Assembly: GCA_900553785.1 (NCBI GenBank)
Contig: USES01000005.1
Location: 1 to 32,000, forward strand
DNA length: 32,000 nt
Direction of reading: 5' to 3'
Source of the DNA: an uncultured Clostridium sp.
GTDB taxonomy: Bacteria; Bacillota; Clostridia; TANB77; CAG-465
The position numbers were made by a program, and so were the translations under genes. The first letter of the stretch is position 1. Every line of letters begins with the position of its first letter. The notes beneath the pieces were generated by a model. It was given only the letters and a program-made list of their open reading frames with translations. It searched no databases and was not told where the DNA came from. Below, piece by piece: positions 1 to 8,503 of the stretch.

Positions 1-338
<338 letters not shown>

Positions 339-419
339 AATTTTTATTAGAAGCTAGTAGATTAAAGATTATACATTATATATTTTTGAGTGTGTTAAAG
401 AAAAAGATACACTTAGACA

Positions 420-530
420 TATTGGTGACGATGAAATAGAGGGTACACCTGTTCCCATACCGAACACAGAAGTTAAGCTCTATGATGCCGAAAATACTTT
501 GAAAAGGGGAAGATAGGGGGTCGCCAATTT
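420..530 (+). rRNA. rrf: 5S rRNA
   Basis: TTGGTGACGATG...CCTGTTCCCATACCGAACACAGAAGTTAAGC...GGTCGCCAA, with the 5' and 3' ends pairing. Typical Firmicute 5S core. Ends are approximate (+/-5 nt). Confidence 0.9.
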
Positions 531-537
531 TATATAT

Positions 538-613
538 TCCTTGTTAGCTCAGTCGGTAGAGCATGCGGCTGTTAACCGCAGGGTCGTTGGTTCGAGTCCA
601 ACACAAGGAGCCA
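538..613 (+). tRNA. tRNA-Asn (anticodon GTT)
   Basis: Acceptor stem TCCTTGT/ACAAGGA, D-arm TAGCTCAGTCGGTAGAGC, anticodon loop CTGTTAA, T-arm GGTTCGAGTCC, encoded CCA. Confidence 0.93.
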
Positions 614-619
614 GATGGA

Positions 620-650
620 AGCTAGGGTTTTTCCCTGGCTTTTTTCTTTT
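620..650 (+). terminator. Intrinsic terminator ending the rrn operon
   Basis: Stem AGCTAGGG / CCCTGGCT (one G-U pair), loop TTTTT, followed by TTTTTTCTTTT. Confidence 0.7.
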
Positions 651-672
651 ACATATGATATAATAGTTAAAG

Positions 673-1737
673 GTGAGTTATGTGGATAAAGTAGTCATAG
701 GAATGAGCGGTGGTGTGGATAGCTCGGTTGCAGCACTGATTTTAAAAAATAAAGGATATGAAGTTATAGGAGTAACATTAAACGTTTGGCAGGATGACAA
801 TTTAGAATGTGGCAAACAAGCTATGAATGATGCAAAAGCTATAGCAGATAAGTTAGAAATTGAATATCATGTAGTAGATTATAAGGAGAAATTTAAATCG
901 GAAGTTATATCTAAGTTTATTAAAGAATATACTGATGGAAAAACTCCTAATCCTTGTAACATTTGTAACAGATTTGTGAAGTTTAATGGTTTGTTGGAAT
1001 ATGCTAAGAGTATTGGCGCAAAATATATTGCTACAGGGCATTATGCCAATATTGAATATGATGATTCTACTGGAAGATATTACATTAAAAGAGCAGCTAC
1101 AGATAAAAAAGATCAAACATATGCTTTATATAATTTAACTCAAGAGCAGCTTTCTCATATATTGATGCCATTGGGTAAGTATGAAAAAGAAGATGTTAGA
1201 AAAATTGCTGAAGAAAATGGGCTAATAAATGCAAATAAAAAGGATAGTCAAGAAATTTGTTTTGTTCCTGACAAAGATTATGCAAAATATATTGAAAAAA
1301 GCACGGGATTTATATCTAAAGAAGGCAACTTTGTGGATGTCACAGGCAAGATCTATGGAAAACATAAAGGAATTATTCATTATACTGTTGGTCAAAGAAA
1401 AGGGTTAGGGTTGAGTCTAAAAGAGCCAATGTACGTTCTTTCTTTGAATAAAGATACTAATACTGTTTTGATTGGTACTGAAAAACAACTTGAAAAGTAT
1501 TCACTTACATGTTGTGAAGCTAATCTTATGTCTATTTCAGATTTGAAAGAACCAATGAGGGTAAGCGCAAAAATTAGATATAACGCTAAATTGGCATTGG
1601 CAACAATTATTCCTTTGTCAGATAATTGTATTAAGGTAGTTTTTGATTCTCCAGTAAAAGGAGTTGCTCCAGGACAAGCTTGTGTTTTCTATGATGGTGA
1701 TAAATTATTAGGTGGAGGAATAATCATGCAGGACTAG
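673..1737 (+). CDS. mnmA: tRNA-specific 2-thiouridylase MnmA
   Basis: PP-loop GMSGGVDSS at the N-terminus, plus TPNPCxxCNRxxKF, ATGHYA and DxxKDQTY motifs. 354 aa. The start may be GTG 673 or the in-frame GTG 682, which follows AAAGGTGAG. Confidence 0.92.
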   Translation: MSYVDKVVIGMSGGVDSSVAALILKNKGYEVIGVTLNVWQDDNLECGKQAMNDAKAIADKLEIEYHVVDYKEKFKSEVISKFIKEYTDGKTPNPCNICNRFVKFNGLLEYAKSIGAKYIATGHYANIEYDDSTGRYYIKRAATDKKDQTYALYNLTQEQLSHILMPLGKYEKEDVRKIAEENGLINANKKDSQEICFVPDKDYAKYIEKSTGFISKEGNFVDVTGKIYGKHKGIIHYTVGQRKGLGLSLKEPMYVLSLNKDTNTVLIGTEKQLEKYSLTCCEANLMSISDLKEPMRVSAKIRYNAKLALATIIPLSDNCIKVVFDSPVKGVAPGQACVFYDGDKLLGGGIIMQD

Positions 1738-1759
1738 CATTAGCTAGTCTTTTTCTTTT
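1732..1759 (+). terminator. Intrinsic terminator after mnmA
   Basis: Perfect 7-bp stem GACTAGC/GCTAGTC with loop ATTA, overlapping the stop codon, then TTTTTCTTTT. Confidence 0.6.
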
Positions 1760-1764
1760 GCAAA

Positions 1765-1781
1765 TGTCGAAATATAGCGAA
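1765..1781 (+). promoter_or_regulatory. Two Spo0A-box-like heptamers spaced 10 bp apart
   Basis: TGTCGAA at 1765-1771 is an exact match to the 0A-box consensus TGNCGAA. TAGCGAA at 1775-1781 matches 6 of 7. Both lie ~30-45 bp upstream of the -35 of the Spo0E-like gene promoter. Confidence 0.3.
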
Positions 1782-1810
1782 ACTTGCGGTCGATTGTTGA
1801 CAAAAAAACA

Positions 1811-1839
1811 TTGACATAAATTACAAAAAATGGTATAAG
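1811..1839 (+). promoter_or_regulatory. SigA-type promoter for the Spo0E-like gene
   Basis: TTGACA (1811-1816), 17-nt spacer, TGg-TATAAG extended -10 (1831-1839). Confidence 0.55.
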
Positions 1840-1862
1840 TAATTTACAGGGAAGTGATAAAT

Positions 1863-2024
1863 ATGTTGAGTGATATTGATATATTAAAAGAGAAACTTGA
1901 CAAACTAATACAAAAAGAAGCCCCTTATATAGATATTTATCATCTGAGCTGTGAAATAGACGAATTATTAGTAGATTATTATAAAAGGCAAGATTATATT
2001 AAAGAGCTAATCTTGAGAAAATAA
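1863..2024 (+). CDS. Spo0E-family aspartyl-phosphate phosphatase-like small protein (53 aa; below the ORF-track size cut-off)
   Basis: My translation: MLSDIDILKEKLDKLIQKEAPYIDIYHLSCEIDELLVDYYKRQDYIKELILRK. SCEIDELLVDYY resembles the Spo0E signature SQELDxLIxxYY. RBS GGGAAGTGA lies upstream. Confidence 0.6.
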   Translation: MLSDIDILKEKLDKLIQKEAPYIDIYHLSCEIDELLVDYYKRQDYIKELILRK

Positions 2025-2384
2025 TAATAATCCTAAAACTATTACTAATGTGTAGTCTATCTTTTCTCCGCTTTTAAACATTGTGAAAAGCGTAATTAGG
2101 ATTATTAAGTCATCAATATTTATACTAAATCCTAAAATGCTTAACCTATCTTTGTCTACAGAAATAACGTCATTAAAATTAAAATTGTTTTGTTCACTTT
2201 GAATTGGATTGTTTCTGGTTTCACAAGTATTTTGTTCCTGAGCTTCATTGCTTTTTTCTACGCCTTCTGCGTTAATAGTTTCAACTCGTTCAAAATAAAT
2301 TGGAGGATATCCATAAGAGTACATTCGTTGAGAAGGAGAATATACTCTATATGGATAAAAAAATGGGTTAGCAAATTCATTCAT
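2007..2384 (-). CDS. Hypothetical protein with a Tyr/Pro-rich N-terminus and a hydrophobic C-terminus (125 aa)
   Basis: ORF track. The start follows the upstream stop by 2 nt, with AAGGGAAGTGA upstream. N-terminus is FFYPYRVYSPSQRMYSYGYPPIYF; C-terminal segment is LIILITLFTMF...LVIVLGLLLF. Confidence 0.55.
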   Translation of the reverse strand: MNEFANPFFYPYRVYSPSQRMYSYGYPPIYFERVETINAEGVEKSNEAQEQNTCETRNNPIQSEQNNFNFNDVISVDKDRLSILGFSINIDDLIILITLFTMFKSGEKIDYTLVIVLGLLLFSQD

Positions 2385-2386
2385 AA

Positions 2387-2860
2387 CTAATCACTTCCCT
2401 TATTAGTAAATATATCTAATGCATTTATTACGCTAAGCAATGTAATATATGTATCTATATTTTTTTGTCTTGTTTCTCTTAAAAAAGGTTTAAGCGAAGT
2501 TAACAAATTCTTTCTGGGATCATTTTGGTTAGCAGCACTAAAAATTTTCTGAAATTTCATAATAGTATTCAAGTCTATATTTAAGTTGGGAATGCTAGAC
2601 GTGATATTATTATTTACTTCATCTTCATGCGTTTTTTTGTTCATTCCAACATTGTTTAATAAATCCATTATATTATTTAAGTTAAATTCGCTTGAATCGT
2701 TAGTAGAAGTGATCGGTTCAGGAGTTGTCGTATTTGTCGATGTTTGATTTGATAATTTTGATTGTAAATTTTGAATTATATCAAACAGAGGATTTGCATC
2801 GGCATTAGACTGTTCACTAATATTTTCGTTATTCATTGGACTTGGGAGTGCTGGGGGCAT
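2387..2860 (-). CDS. Hypothetical low-complexity (Asn/Thr/Ser-rich) protein, 157 aa (149 aa if the start is ATG 2836)
   Basis: ORF track. The C-terminal block DPRKNLLTSLKPFLRETRQKNIDTYITLLSVINAL looks like a conserved helical module. Start is ambiguous between 2860 and 2836. Confidence 0.5.
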   Translation of the reverse strand: MPPALPSPMNNENISEQSNADANPLFDIIQNLQSKLSNQTSTNTTTPEPITSTNDSSEFNLNNIMDLLNNVGMNKKTHEDEVNNNITSSIPNLNIDLNTIMKFQKIFSAANQNDPRKNLLTSLKPFLRETRQKNIDTYITLLSVINALDIFTNKGSD

Positions 2861-2996
2861 TTCCAGTGTTTACTCCAAGCATTCTAGTGAGGTTTTCCAA
2901 ATCCTCTTTTGACATATTTTTTACCATATTTGAAACTTGCTCGAGTTGTTTTTTATCTACACCACTCAATAATTCTAATAATTTTGAATTCAACAT
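2829..2996 (-). CDS. Hypothetical small protein (55 aa; not in the ORF track)
   Basis: My translation of the minus strand: MLNSKLLELLSGVDKKQLEQVSNMVKNMSKEDLENLTRMLGVNTGNAPSTPKSNE. AAGGAG RBS lies ~14 nt upstream. The stop overlaps ATG 2836 (ATGAATAA). It replaces the plus-strand ORF 2836-3027. Confidence 0.45.
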   Translation of the reverse strand: MLNSKLLELLSGVDKKQLEQVSNMVKNMSKEDLENLTRMLGVNTGNAPSTPKSNE

Positions 2997-3080
2997 ATTA
3001 TTCACACACTCATCTCCTTATATATAACTATTATATGCACGAACAATTAAATGTTTCTAAAAACATAGAAAGGAAATAAA

Positions 3081-3575
3081 ATGAAAAACATAGAAGATTT
3101 ATATACTGATATTAAAATAAAGCCTAATGGTGAAATTGAATACAAAAAAACAAAATCTATTATTTACAATATAGGGCCACTTAATATTATAGAAAGAAAT
3201 TCAAATGTAAAGAGTAGAATATATGATACATATTATTCTTTTTTAAAAGGTATGACTAATGAGTTTAAAATTATTATATTAAAGGAAAAGTTAGAAATTG
3301 AACAACACATAGACAAATTAAAGCAAAGAGCGCTTAAGGTAGAGTCAGTAGAATTAAAAAAAGCAATATTAAATTACGTATCGAATCTAGAAAATGCCAT
3401 TAAAAAAAATTCAACTATATTGGCTAAGTATTACATTATTGTGCCATTTGATGAAGCTTTAGAAACTAAATTCAAAGTATTAGAAGAAATTGGAATGAGT
3501 ATTAGAAAAGTTGATGAAGTTAATGAAATTGAAAATGTATTTAAGGAAGGAATGATTGTGAATTTTGCATGTTAA
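3081..3575 (+). CDS. Small protein resembling the extreme N-terminal region of Gram-positive VirB4-family conjugative ATPases (164 aa)
   Basis: RBS AAAGGAAAT upstream. The pattern NGEIEYKKTKSIIYNIGPLNIIERNSNVKSRIYDTYYSFLKGMTNEFKIIILKEKLEIEQ resembles, from memory, the N-terminus of Tn916 Orf16/TcpF-class ATPases. The stop overlaps the next start by 7 nt. Confidence 0.4.
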   Translation: MKNIEDLYTDIKIKPNGEIEYKKTKSIIYNIGPLNIIERNSNVKSRIYDTYYSFLKGMTNEFKIIILKEKLEIEQHIDKLKQRALKVESVELKKAILNYVSNLENAIKKNSTILAKYYIIVPFDEALETKFKVLEEIGMSIRKVDEVNEIENVFKEGMIVNFAC

Positions 3576-5257
3576 GTGAAAAATTGCCATATAAACTAGA
3601 AGAAAAATACAATTATTTAGTAGTCAATAATTCATTTGTTTCATATTGGTACATTAAAACATATTTGAATGGCATTCAAATGTTAAGTACATTAAATACT
3701 ATAATAAATGATCCAAATACAATTTTATGTTTTAATGTACGAAGACTTAATTCGGGAGAATTTTTAAAAAAGTTAAATAATAAGTTGGCAGTTTTTAAAT
3801 CCGAAAGGTCGAAAAATGGTAACGAACAATTAGACATAGACATACTAGAAAAATTCGTAAGTGATGCTAGAAATATTAGATATATAATTCAAGTTGAGAA
3901 TGAAGATATTTTTGAGGTTAGCACGATAATAAGGATGAGTTCAAATTCTGAAAAGAGGCTTGAAAGTGAAGAAAATCTTTTTAGAAATAAGCTTTACTCT
4001 GAGGGTGTTAGTATATATCCAATGAATTTTAATGAATATGAGTCATATAAACAGTTTTATCCGGCACTAATTAAAGTTAATGTAATCCATGATAAGACTT
4101 GTAAGATTTTTACTACGAGTTCATTTGCATCATTATTTCCGTTTTATTCACAGAATGTTATAGAGTCAGGGGGATTGTATATTGGAAATTTTCGAACAAG
4201 AACCTGTATATTAGATTTTAGAAAAAATGAGGTAGAAAATAGAAATATATTGATATTGGGAAGTAGCGGAACTGGGAAATCTTTTTTAGTAAAGAACATG
4301 ATATTGCAGTATTTATATAATGGGATAAAGCAAATTGTTATTGATCCAGAAGGTGAGTATATTCAAATTGCTAAGATGTTTGGCCAAAGGGTTATAACAA
4401 AAGAAACATTTAACATAATGGAAATTGAAGAACAGTTTGCAAAGAATTATCCACACGAATATATGTATAAAAAAATCAATATTATTTCAAATATAATTGA
4501 ACTTGATAAGATATTAGATAGCAATGAGAAAGTAATTAAAGTAAAAGATAAAATACAAGAAGTATATAATGAATTTAAAATAACAGAAAATATTGACAGT
4601 TTATATAGACAAGAAAATGATGAAAACGTATATGTTCGTAAAAAATATATTGATAAGTCTAAATTTCCAACTATAAGTGGATTGAAAAGTAAGATTAAGG
4701 ATATTAGGCTGTCCCGATTAGAAAAACAAAATTTACTAAAACAAATAGAAAAATATGAATGTACAATAGATTGTGACTATAATGAGGATTTAATAGTTTA
4801 TAATTTAAATCAAAATAATCATAGGTATTTAATGTCAATAATGTATAAACTTCAAGAGTATCTATCACCTGATTATATTATATATATGGACGAGATGTGG
4901 AAACTTATGTGTAATAATAGCATATCATTAGAAATAGTTAATTTATTTAAAACTATTAGAAAAAGAGGAACAAGTATAGTTGCAATAACACAGGATATAT
5001 CTGATATAGTCACATATGATAACGGAAATTTTGGGAAAAGTATATTTAATAATGCATACACAAAGATTTTCTTTAGAACAGAGTATTTAGATTTGGAAAA
5101 TTTGCAAAGAATTGTATCTAATACAGAGAATTTTTATGAGAAAGTAATGAGCCTAAAAAGAGGAAGTGCTCTATTAGAACAAAGGGGCATGTTACTCGAA
5201 TTAGACATTGCCGCATTTCCACAGGATAAGGAAATAATTGAAGGAGGAAAAATATGA
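3569..5257 (+). CDS. VirB4/AAA_10-type (HerA-FtsK superfamily) secretion ATPase, 562 aa
   Basis: Walker A GSSGTGKS (4259-4282), VIDPEGEY, Walker B YMDEMW (D-E at 4889-4894), AITQDISD. The N-terminal domain pattern YLVVNNSFVSYWYIKTYLNG...FNVRRLNSGEFLKKL is VirB4-like. Confidence 0.7.
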   Translation: MLSEKLPYKLEEKYNYLVVNNSFVSYWYIKTYLNGIQMLSTLNTIINDPNTILCFNVRRLNSGEFLKKLNNKLAVFKSERSKNGNEQLDIDILEKFVSDARNIRYIIQVENEDIFEVSTIIRMSSNSEKRLESEENLFRNKLYSEGVSIYPMNFNEYESYKQFYPALIKVNVIHDKTCKIFTTSSFASLFPFYSQNVIESGGLYIGNFRTRTCILDFRKNEVENRNILILGSSGTGKSFLVKNMILQYLYNGIKQIVIDPEGEYIQIAKMFGQRVITKETFNIMEIEEQFAKNYPHEYMYKKINIISNIIELDKILDSNEKVIKVKDKIQEVYNEFKITENIDSLYRQENDENVYVRKKYIDKSKFPTISGLKSKIKDIRLSRLEKQNLLKQIEKYECTIDCDYNEDLIVYNLNQNNHRYLMSIMYKLQEYLSPDYIIYMDEMWKLMCNNSISLEIVNLFKTIRKRGTSIVAITQDISDIVTYDNGNFGKSIFNNAYTKIFFRTEYLDLENLQRIVSNTENFYEKVMSLKRGSALLEQRGMLLELDIAAFPQDKEIIEGGKI

Positions 5258-6477
5258 AAAAATTACTAATTGCTTTTGAAGGAGAAAACTTAGTTGAAAA
5301 ATTAAAAAAGACAGGAAAATATATTGTATATGATAAAGCTATTTCATTTCAGGAGGGGGTACTTAGGTATTTATCCCAAAATGTGGTAGACGTCATAATT
5401 ACAAAAGATGATATAGCAGGTGATATGACTAAAGAAATATATATAAAACAGCTCAGAATGATAGCGCCAGAATCTAAGATAATAGTTTTTACTAATTCTT
5501 TAAATGAAGAATACAAAGGTTTTTTATTTGCAAACGATATATTCGATATAATTGAATCGGATAGTATTAGTTTTTTGGAAACATTGAGCATTATTGATAA
5601 CAAAGAAGGACAAGTTATATATAAAAATAGAGAGAATAAATCTAACAAATCAGTTAATGTTATATCAAAGAAACTTGTTGCTGTGTTTGGAACAAGTGGT
5701 GCGGGAAAATCATATTTTTCTAGTGCTTTGTCTCAAATAATAAGTAAAAAAATAAAATTAAATACATTACTTTTAGATATGGATGTCTTAAATTCAGCAA
5801 TTGATATATATAACAATATAAACTCTTATGATAATTCTTTACTAAATGTTATGGAAGATATAGATAACAATTGTTTTGATTCAAATTCGTTGTATGAAAG
5901 TCTTACTAAGACAAAAAAGAACTTGAAATTAAGCTATTTAATCAATAACTGTGGAATCTATGAGGCTCAAGGTAAAATGAATACAGAATACTACTTGAAG
6001 CTATATAAAGAGTCTATTGAAAAATTCGATATAACGGTAGTGGATTTGCCATCAACTCCATATTTAGATATTGTTCCTTATACGTTAACTAGAGCAAATG
6101 ACATATTTTTTATTATCAACCCAAACTTTGTGAGCATACGTCAGGCTCTTAGATATTTAGAATTAATGGTAGATGTATGGGGAGTACCAAAAAATGTGAT
6201 CCATGTTGTCGTAAACAAAAAGAAAAGATCATCATTAGATAAAGCTCAAATAGAAATGTTGCTTAGAGGTTATAACGTATCTGTAGAAATATCAGACGAT
6301 GATTTAGTTGAAGAAATTATAAATGGTGTCAAAGAAATAGATATATCAAGTATAAATGGAATTGAAAGTATATATAAGCTATTTGGAGCCGACTATATGA
6401 GGGAGAATGCAGATGAAATGACTAATTCTCAGACCAAACTTGGTAAACTAGGTGAATTATTTGGAGCTAAAAGATGA
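5254..6477 (+). CDS. TadZ/CpaE-like protein: receiver-like N-domain plus ParA/MinD-type ATPase domain (407 aa)
   Basis: ATGA overlap with the upstream gene. N-terminal ~120 aa has a CheY-like alternating pattern without a clear acidic pocket. P-loop is VAVFGTSGAGKS (5689-5712) and the Walker-B-like segment is ITVVDLPS. Confidence 0.6.
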   Translation: MKKLLIAFEGENLVEKLKKTGKYIVYDKAISFQEGVLRYLSQNVVDVIITKDDIAGDMTKEIYIKQLRMIAPESKIIVFTNSLNEEYKGFLFANDIFDIIESDSISFLETLSIIDNKEGQVIYKNRENKSNKSVNVISKKLVAVFGTSGAGKSYFSSALSQIISKKIKLNTLLLDMDVLNSAIDIYNNINSYDNSLLNVMEDIDNNCFDSNSLYESLTKTKKNLKLSYLINNCGIYEAQGKMNTEYYLKLYKESIEKFDITVVDLPSTPYLDIVPYTLTRANDIFFIINPNFVSIRQALRYLELMVDVWGVPKNVIHVVVNKKKRSSLDKAQIEMLLRGYNVSVEISDDDLVEEIINGVKEIDISSINGIESIYKLFGADYMRENADEMTNSQTKLGKLGELFGAKR

Positions 6478-7650
6478 TAATAAATCCTTACAATTTTAAT
6501 GTGTTTCAAAATAATGCTGAAAACATGTCAACTGATAAAGAAGATGATATTATTAAAGAAATAAGTGAATATGTTTTAAATAATTTTCAAACATATGTAG
6601 AAAACAATAAAAAAGATGCCATTAAAATAGAAATAAAAAAAGTAGTTGAGTGTAAATATAAAATATTGGATATTCAAAAGCAGGACAATGTAATTCAAGG
6701 CATTATCGATAAAATATTTGGGTATGGTATACTTCAGAAGTATATAGATAACTTCGATATTTCAGATATAAGAGTGGTATCGTATGATAATATATATGTT
6801 AAAAGTAAAGGAACATGGAAAAAAGTATCCGATTCTTTTAGAAGTAATGAGGAGTTTAAAGAGTATATAAAGTTTTGCGCTATGAAGAATAACTCAGTTA
6901 TAAATAATGAAAAACCAATATGCGTATTTAGCGATAGACTAAATGCGTTAAGGTTAGAGGCAGGAATTTCTCCGGCTAATGTTGATAATCCAAGTTTAGT
7001 AATAAGAATACATAGAAAAGAATTAAACATGACATTAGAGGAACTATTTGTTAAATATGAAATGATGGATGCAAATATGTACAAATATATTACAGATGAA
7101 ATTAAAAATCACAAAAGTTTTATTATATGTGGAAAAGGTGGTAGCGGCAAGACTACATTACTTAAAGCGATTTTGCTTGCCTTGCCTAAAGAAATCGCGA
7201 TAACTACTTCAGAAGAAACGGCTGAGTTATTTGTTACAGGAAGGAACGTAATATCTCGAGAGTGTATATTGGAAAGAAGACATGAACGTCAAATTGATTT
7301 GGAAAAGCTAACAAGGCATAGTTTGGTTATGTCTAATGATGTTTTAGTATTGGGAGAGTTAAAACGGTGCAGAGGCAAATGTGTTTTTTGATGCATTATC
7401 TACAGGGCATATGGGTCTTGCAACTGTACACGCCAATTCAGCAGATGCAGTTGTGGATAGGTTGATCACACTTATAAAAAAAGACGAAAAGGCTCAATAC
7501 TATACAGAAGACTTCTTAAAGAAAAATATTTCCCAGAGCGTTGATAATATAATATTCATGCAAGATTTCAAAATTAAAGGTGTTTTGAAACTATTAAGTA
7601 GAGGAGAATCTAAAACTGAATTTACAATGGAAGATAGGTGTAATCTATGA
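6474..7650 (+). pseudogene. CpaF/TadA-type (VirB11-superfamily, T2SSE) secretion ATPase interrupted by a 1-nt frameshift near 7362-7366
   Basis: ORF 6474-7391 carries Walker A CGKGGSGKTT (7131-7157), TSEETAEL (Asp-box-like) and Walker B VLVLGELK. ORF 7381-7650, in the +1 frame (open from 7363), carries GAEANVFFDALSTGHMGLATVHANSA (His box). Removing one nt in AAAAC (7361-7365) gives GELKGAEA, close to the family motif GEiRGxEA. Confidence 0.75.
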
Positions 7651-8501
7651 CAATATTTACATTTTCTTGTGTGGAAGCAACCCTGTTTATAACATTGTTT
7701 TTAGTAACTTTGCTTTTGCAAAAAAACATTTCTCTTAGGAAAAATGATGTGTTTGCAAGTAATTTTGTGTATATAATTAAAAGGTTAAAAAGAAGTAGAG
7801 TATTTAAAGGCAAAGGTAAATTTATTGTTGGGGTAACAGCATTGGTGTATATTATAGCGTTTATTTTTATTTATTCTTTAATTAAGGTTTTTTTCGCTAG
7901 TTTAATTTTATCCGTACCTATATTGTTGGTTCCTATAATTATTCTAAAAATATCCGAAATAAAAGAAAAAAATACCATTATAAAAAATTTACCAATTTAT
8001 GCAATAAATTTAAAGAATAATATCAAGAGTGATAATGATGTGGTTTTAGCTATAAGGAGGACGAAAACCAGTGAAATACTAAAAAAATATATTGATGTGT
8101 TTGTAAAAGATGTGGATAATGGAGTAAGTGTGTATGAGTCGTTTAACAGGTTAGATAAAGCTGTCGCCATCAAAGAATTTAGTGATTTAATACAAACGTT
8201 TCAAATATGTTACAAAACTGGAGGAGATTTTTCGAGAGTATTAGACATATATTCAAAACAAATAACTGAAAAGATATTATTAAGAGAAAGGGAGCATGAA
8301 AAATCATTATCAACAATAATTACGTTGGTGGTAATGATATTGTTGGATATTATAATGTTGTTTGTATATATTCCGAAGAATAAAATGGTTTTAGAAATAT
8401 TTAGTAACAACATTTTAGGCAGATCATTAATAGACATAAATTCAGTAACTGTTTTATTATGTGTGTACTTTTTATTTAAGATTTATAAAATGGAGGAGTA
8501 A
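7647..8501 (+). CDS. GspF/TadB-TadC-like (T2SSF domain) inner-membrane platform protein, 284 aa
   Basis: ATGA overlap with the ATPase gene. N-terminal TM segments are followed by a cytoplasmic helical domain (LPIYAINLKNNIKS...VLAIRRT...GVSVYESFNRL...FQICYKTGGDFSRVLDIYSKQI) and then C-terminal TM segments. Confidence 0.6.
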   Translation: MTIFTFSCVEATLFITLFLVTLLLQKNISLRKNDVFASNFVYIIKRLKRSRVFKGKGKFIVGVTALVYIIAFIFIYSLIKVFFASLILSVPILLVPIIILKISEIKEKNTIIKNLPIYAINLKNNIKSDNDVVLAIRRTKTSEILKKYIDVFVKDVDNGVSVYESFNRLDKAVAIKEFSDLIQTFQICYKTGGDFSRVLDIYSKQITEKILLREREHEKSLSTIITLVVMILLDIIMLFVYIPKNKMVLEIFSNNILGRSLIDINSVTVLLCVYFLFKIYKMEE

Positions 8502-8503
8502 AA

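Noticed and set aside
2836-3027. 63-aa plus-strand ORF between the divergent operons
   Set aside because: It has no RBS. The opposite strand encodes a 55-aa ORF with an AAGGAG RBS whose stop overlaps the start of the next minus-strand gene, which explains the region better.
3051-3066. Palindrome ATGTTT-CTAA-AAACAT in the shared control region of the divergent operons
   Set aside because: It has only 6-bp A/T-rich arms, which are expected often by chance in ~25% GC DNA. It is not reported as an operator, although it is positioned plausibly.
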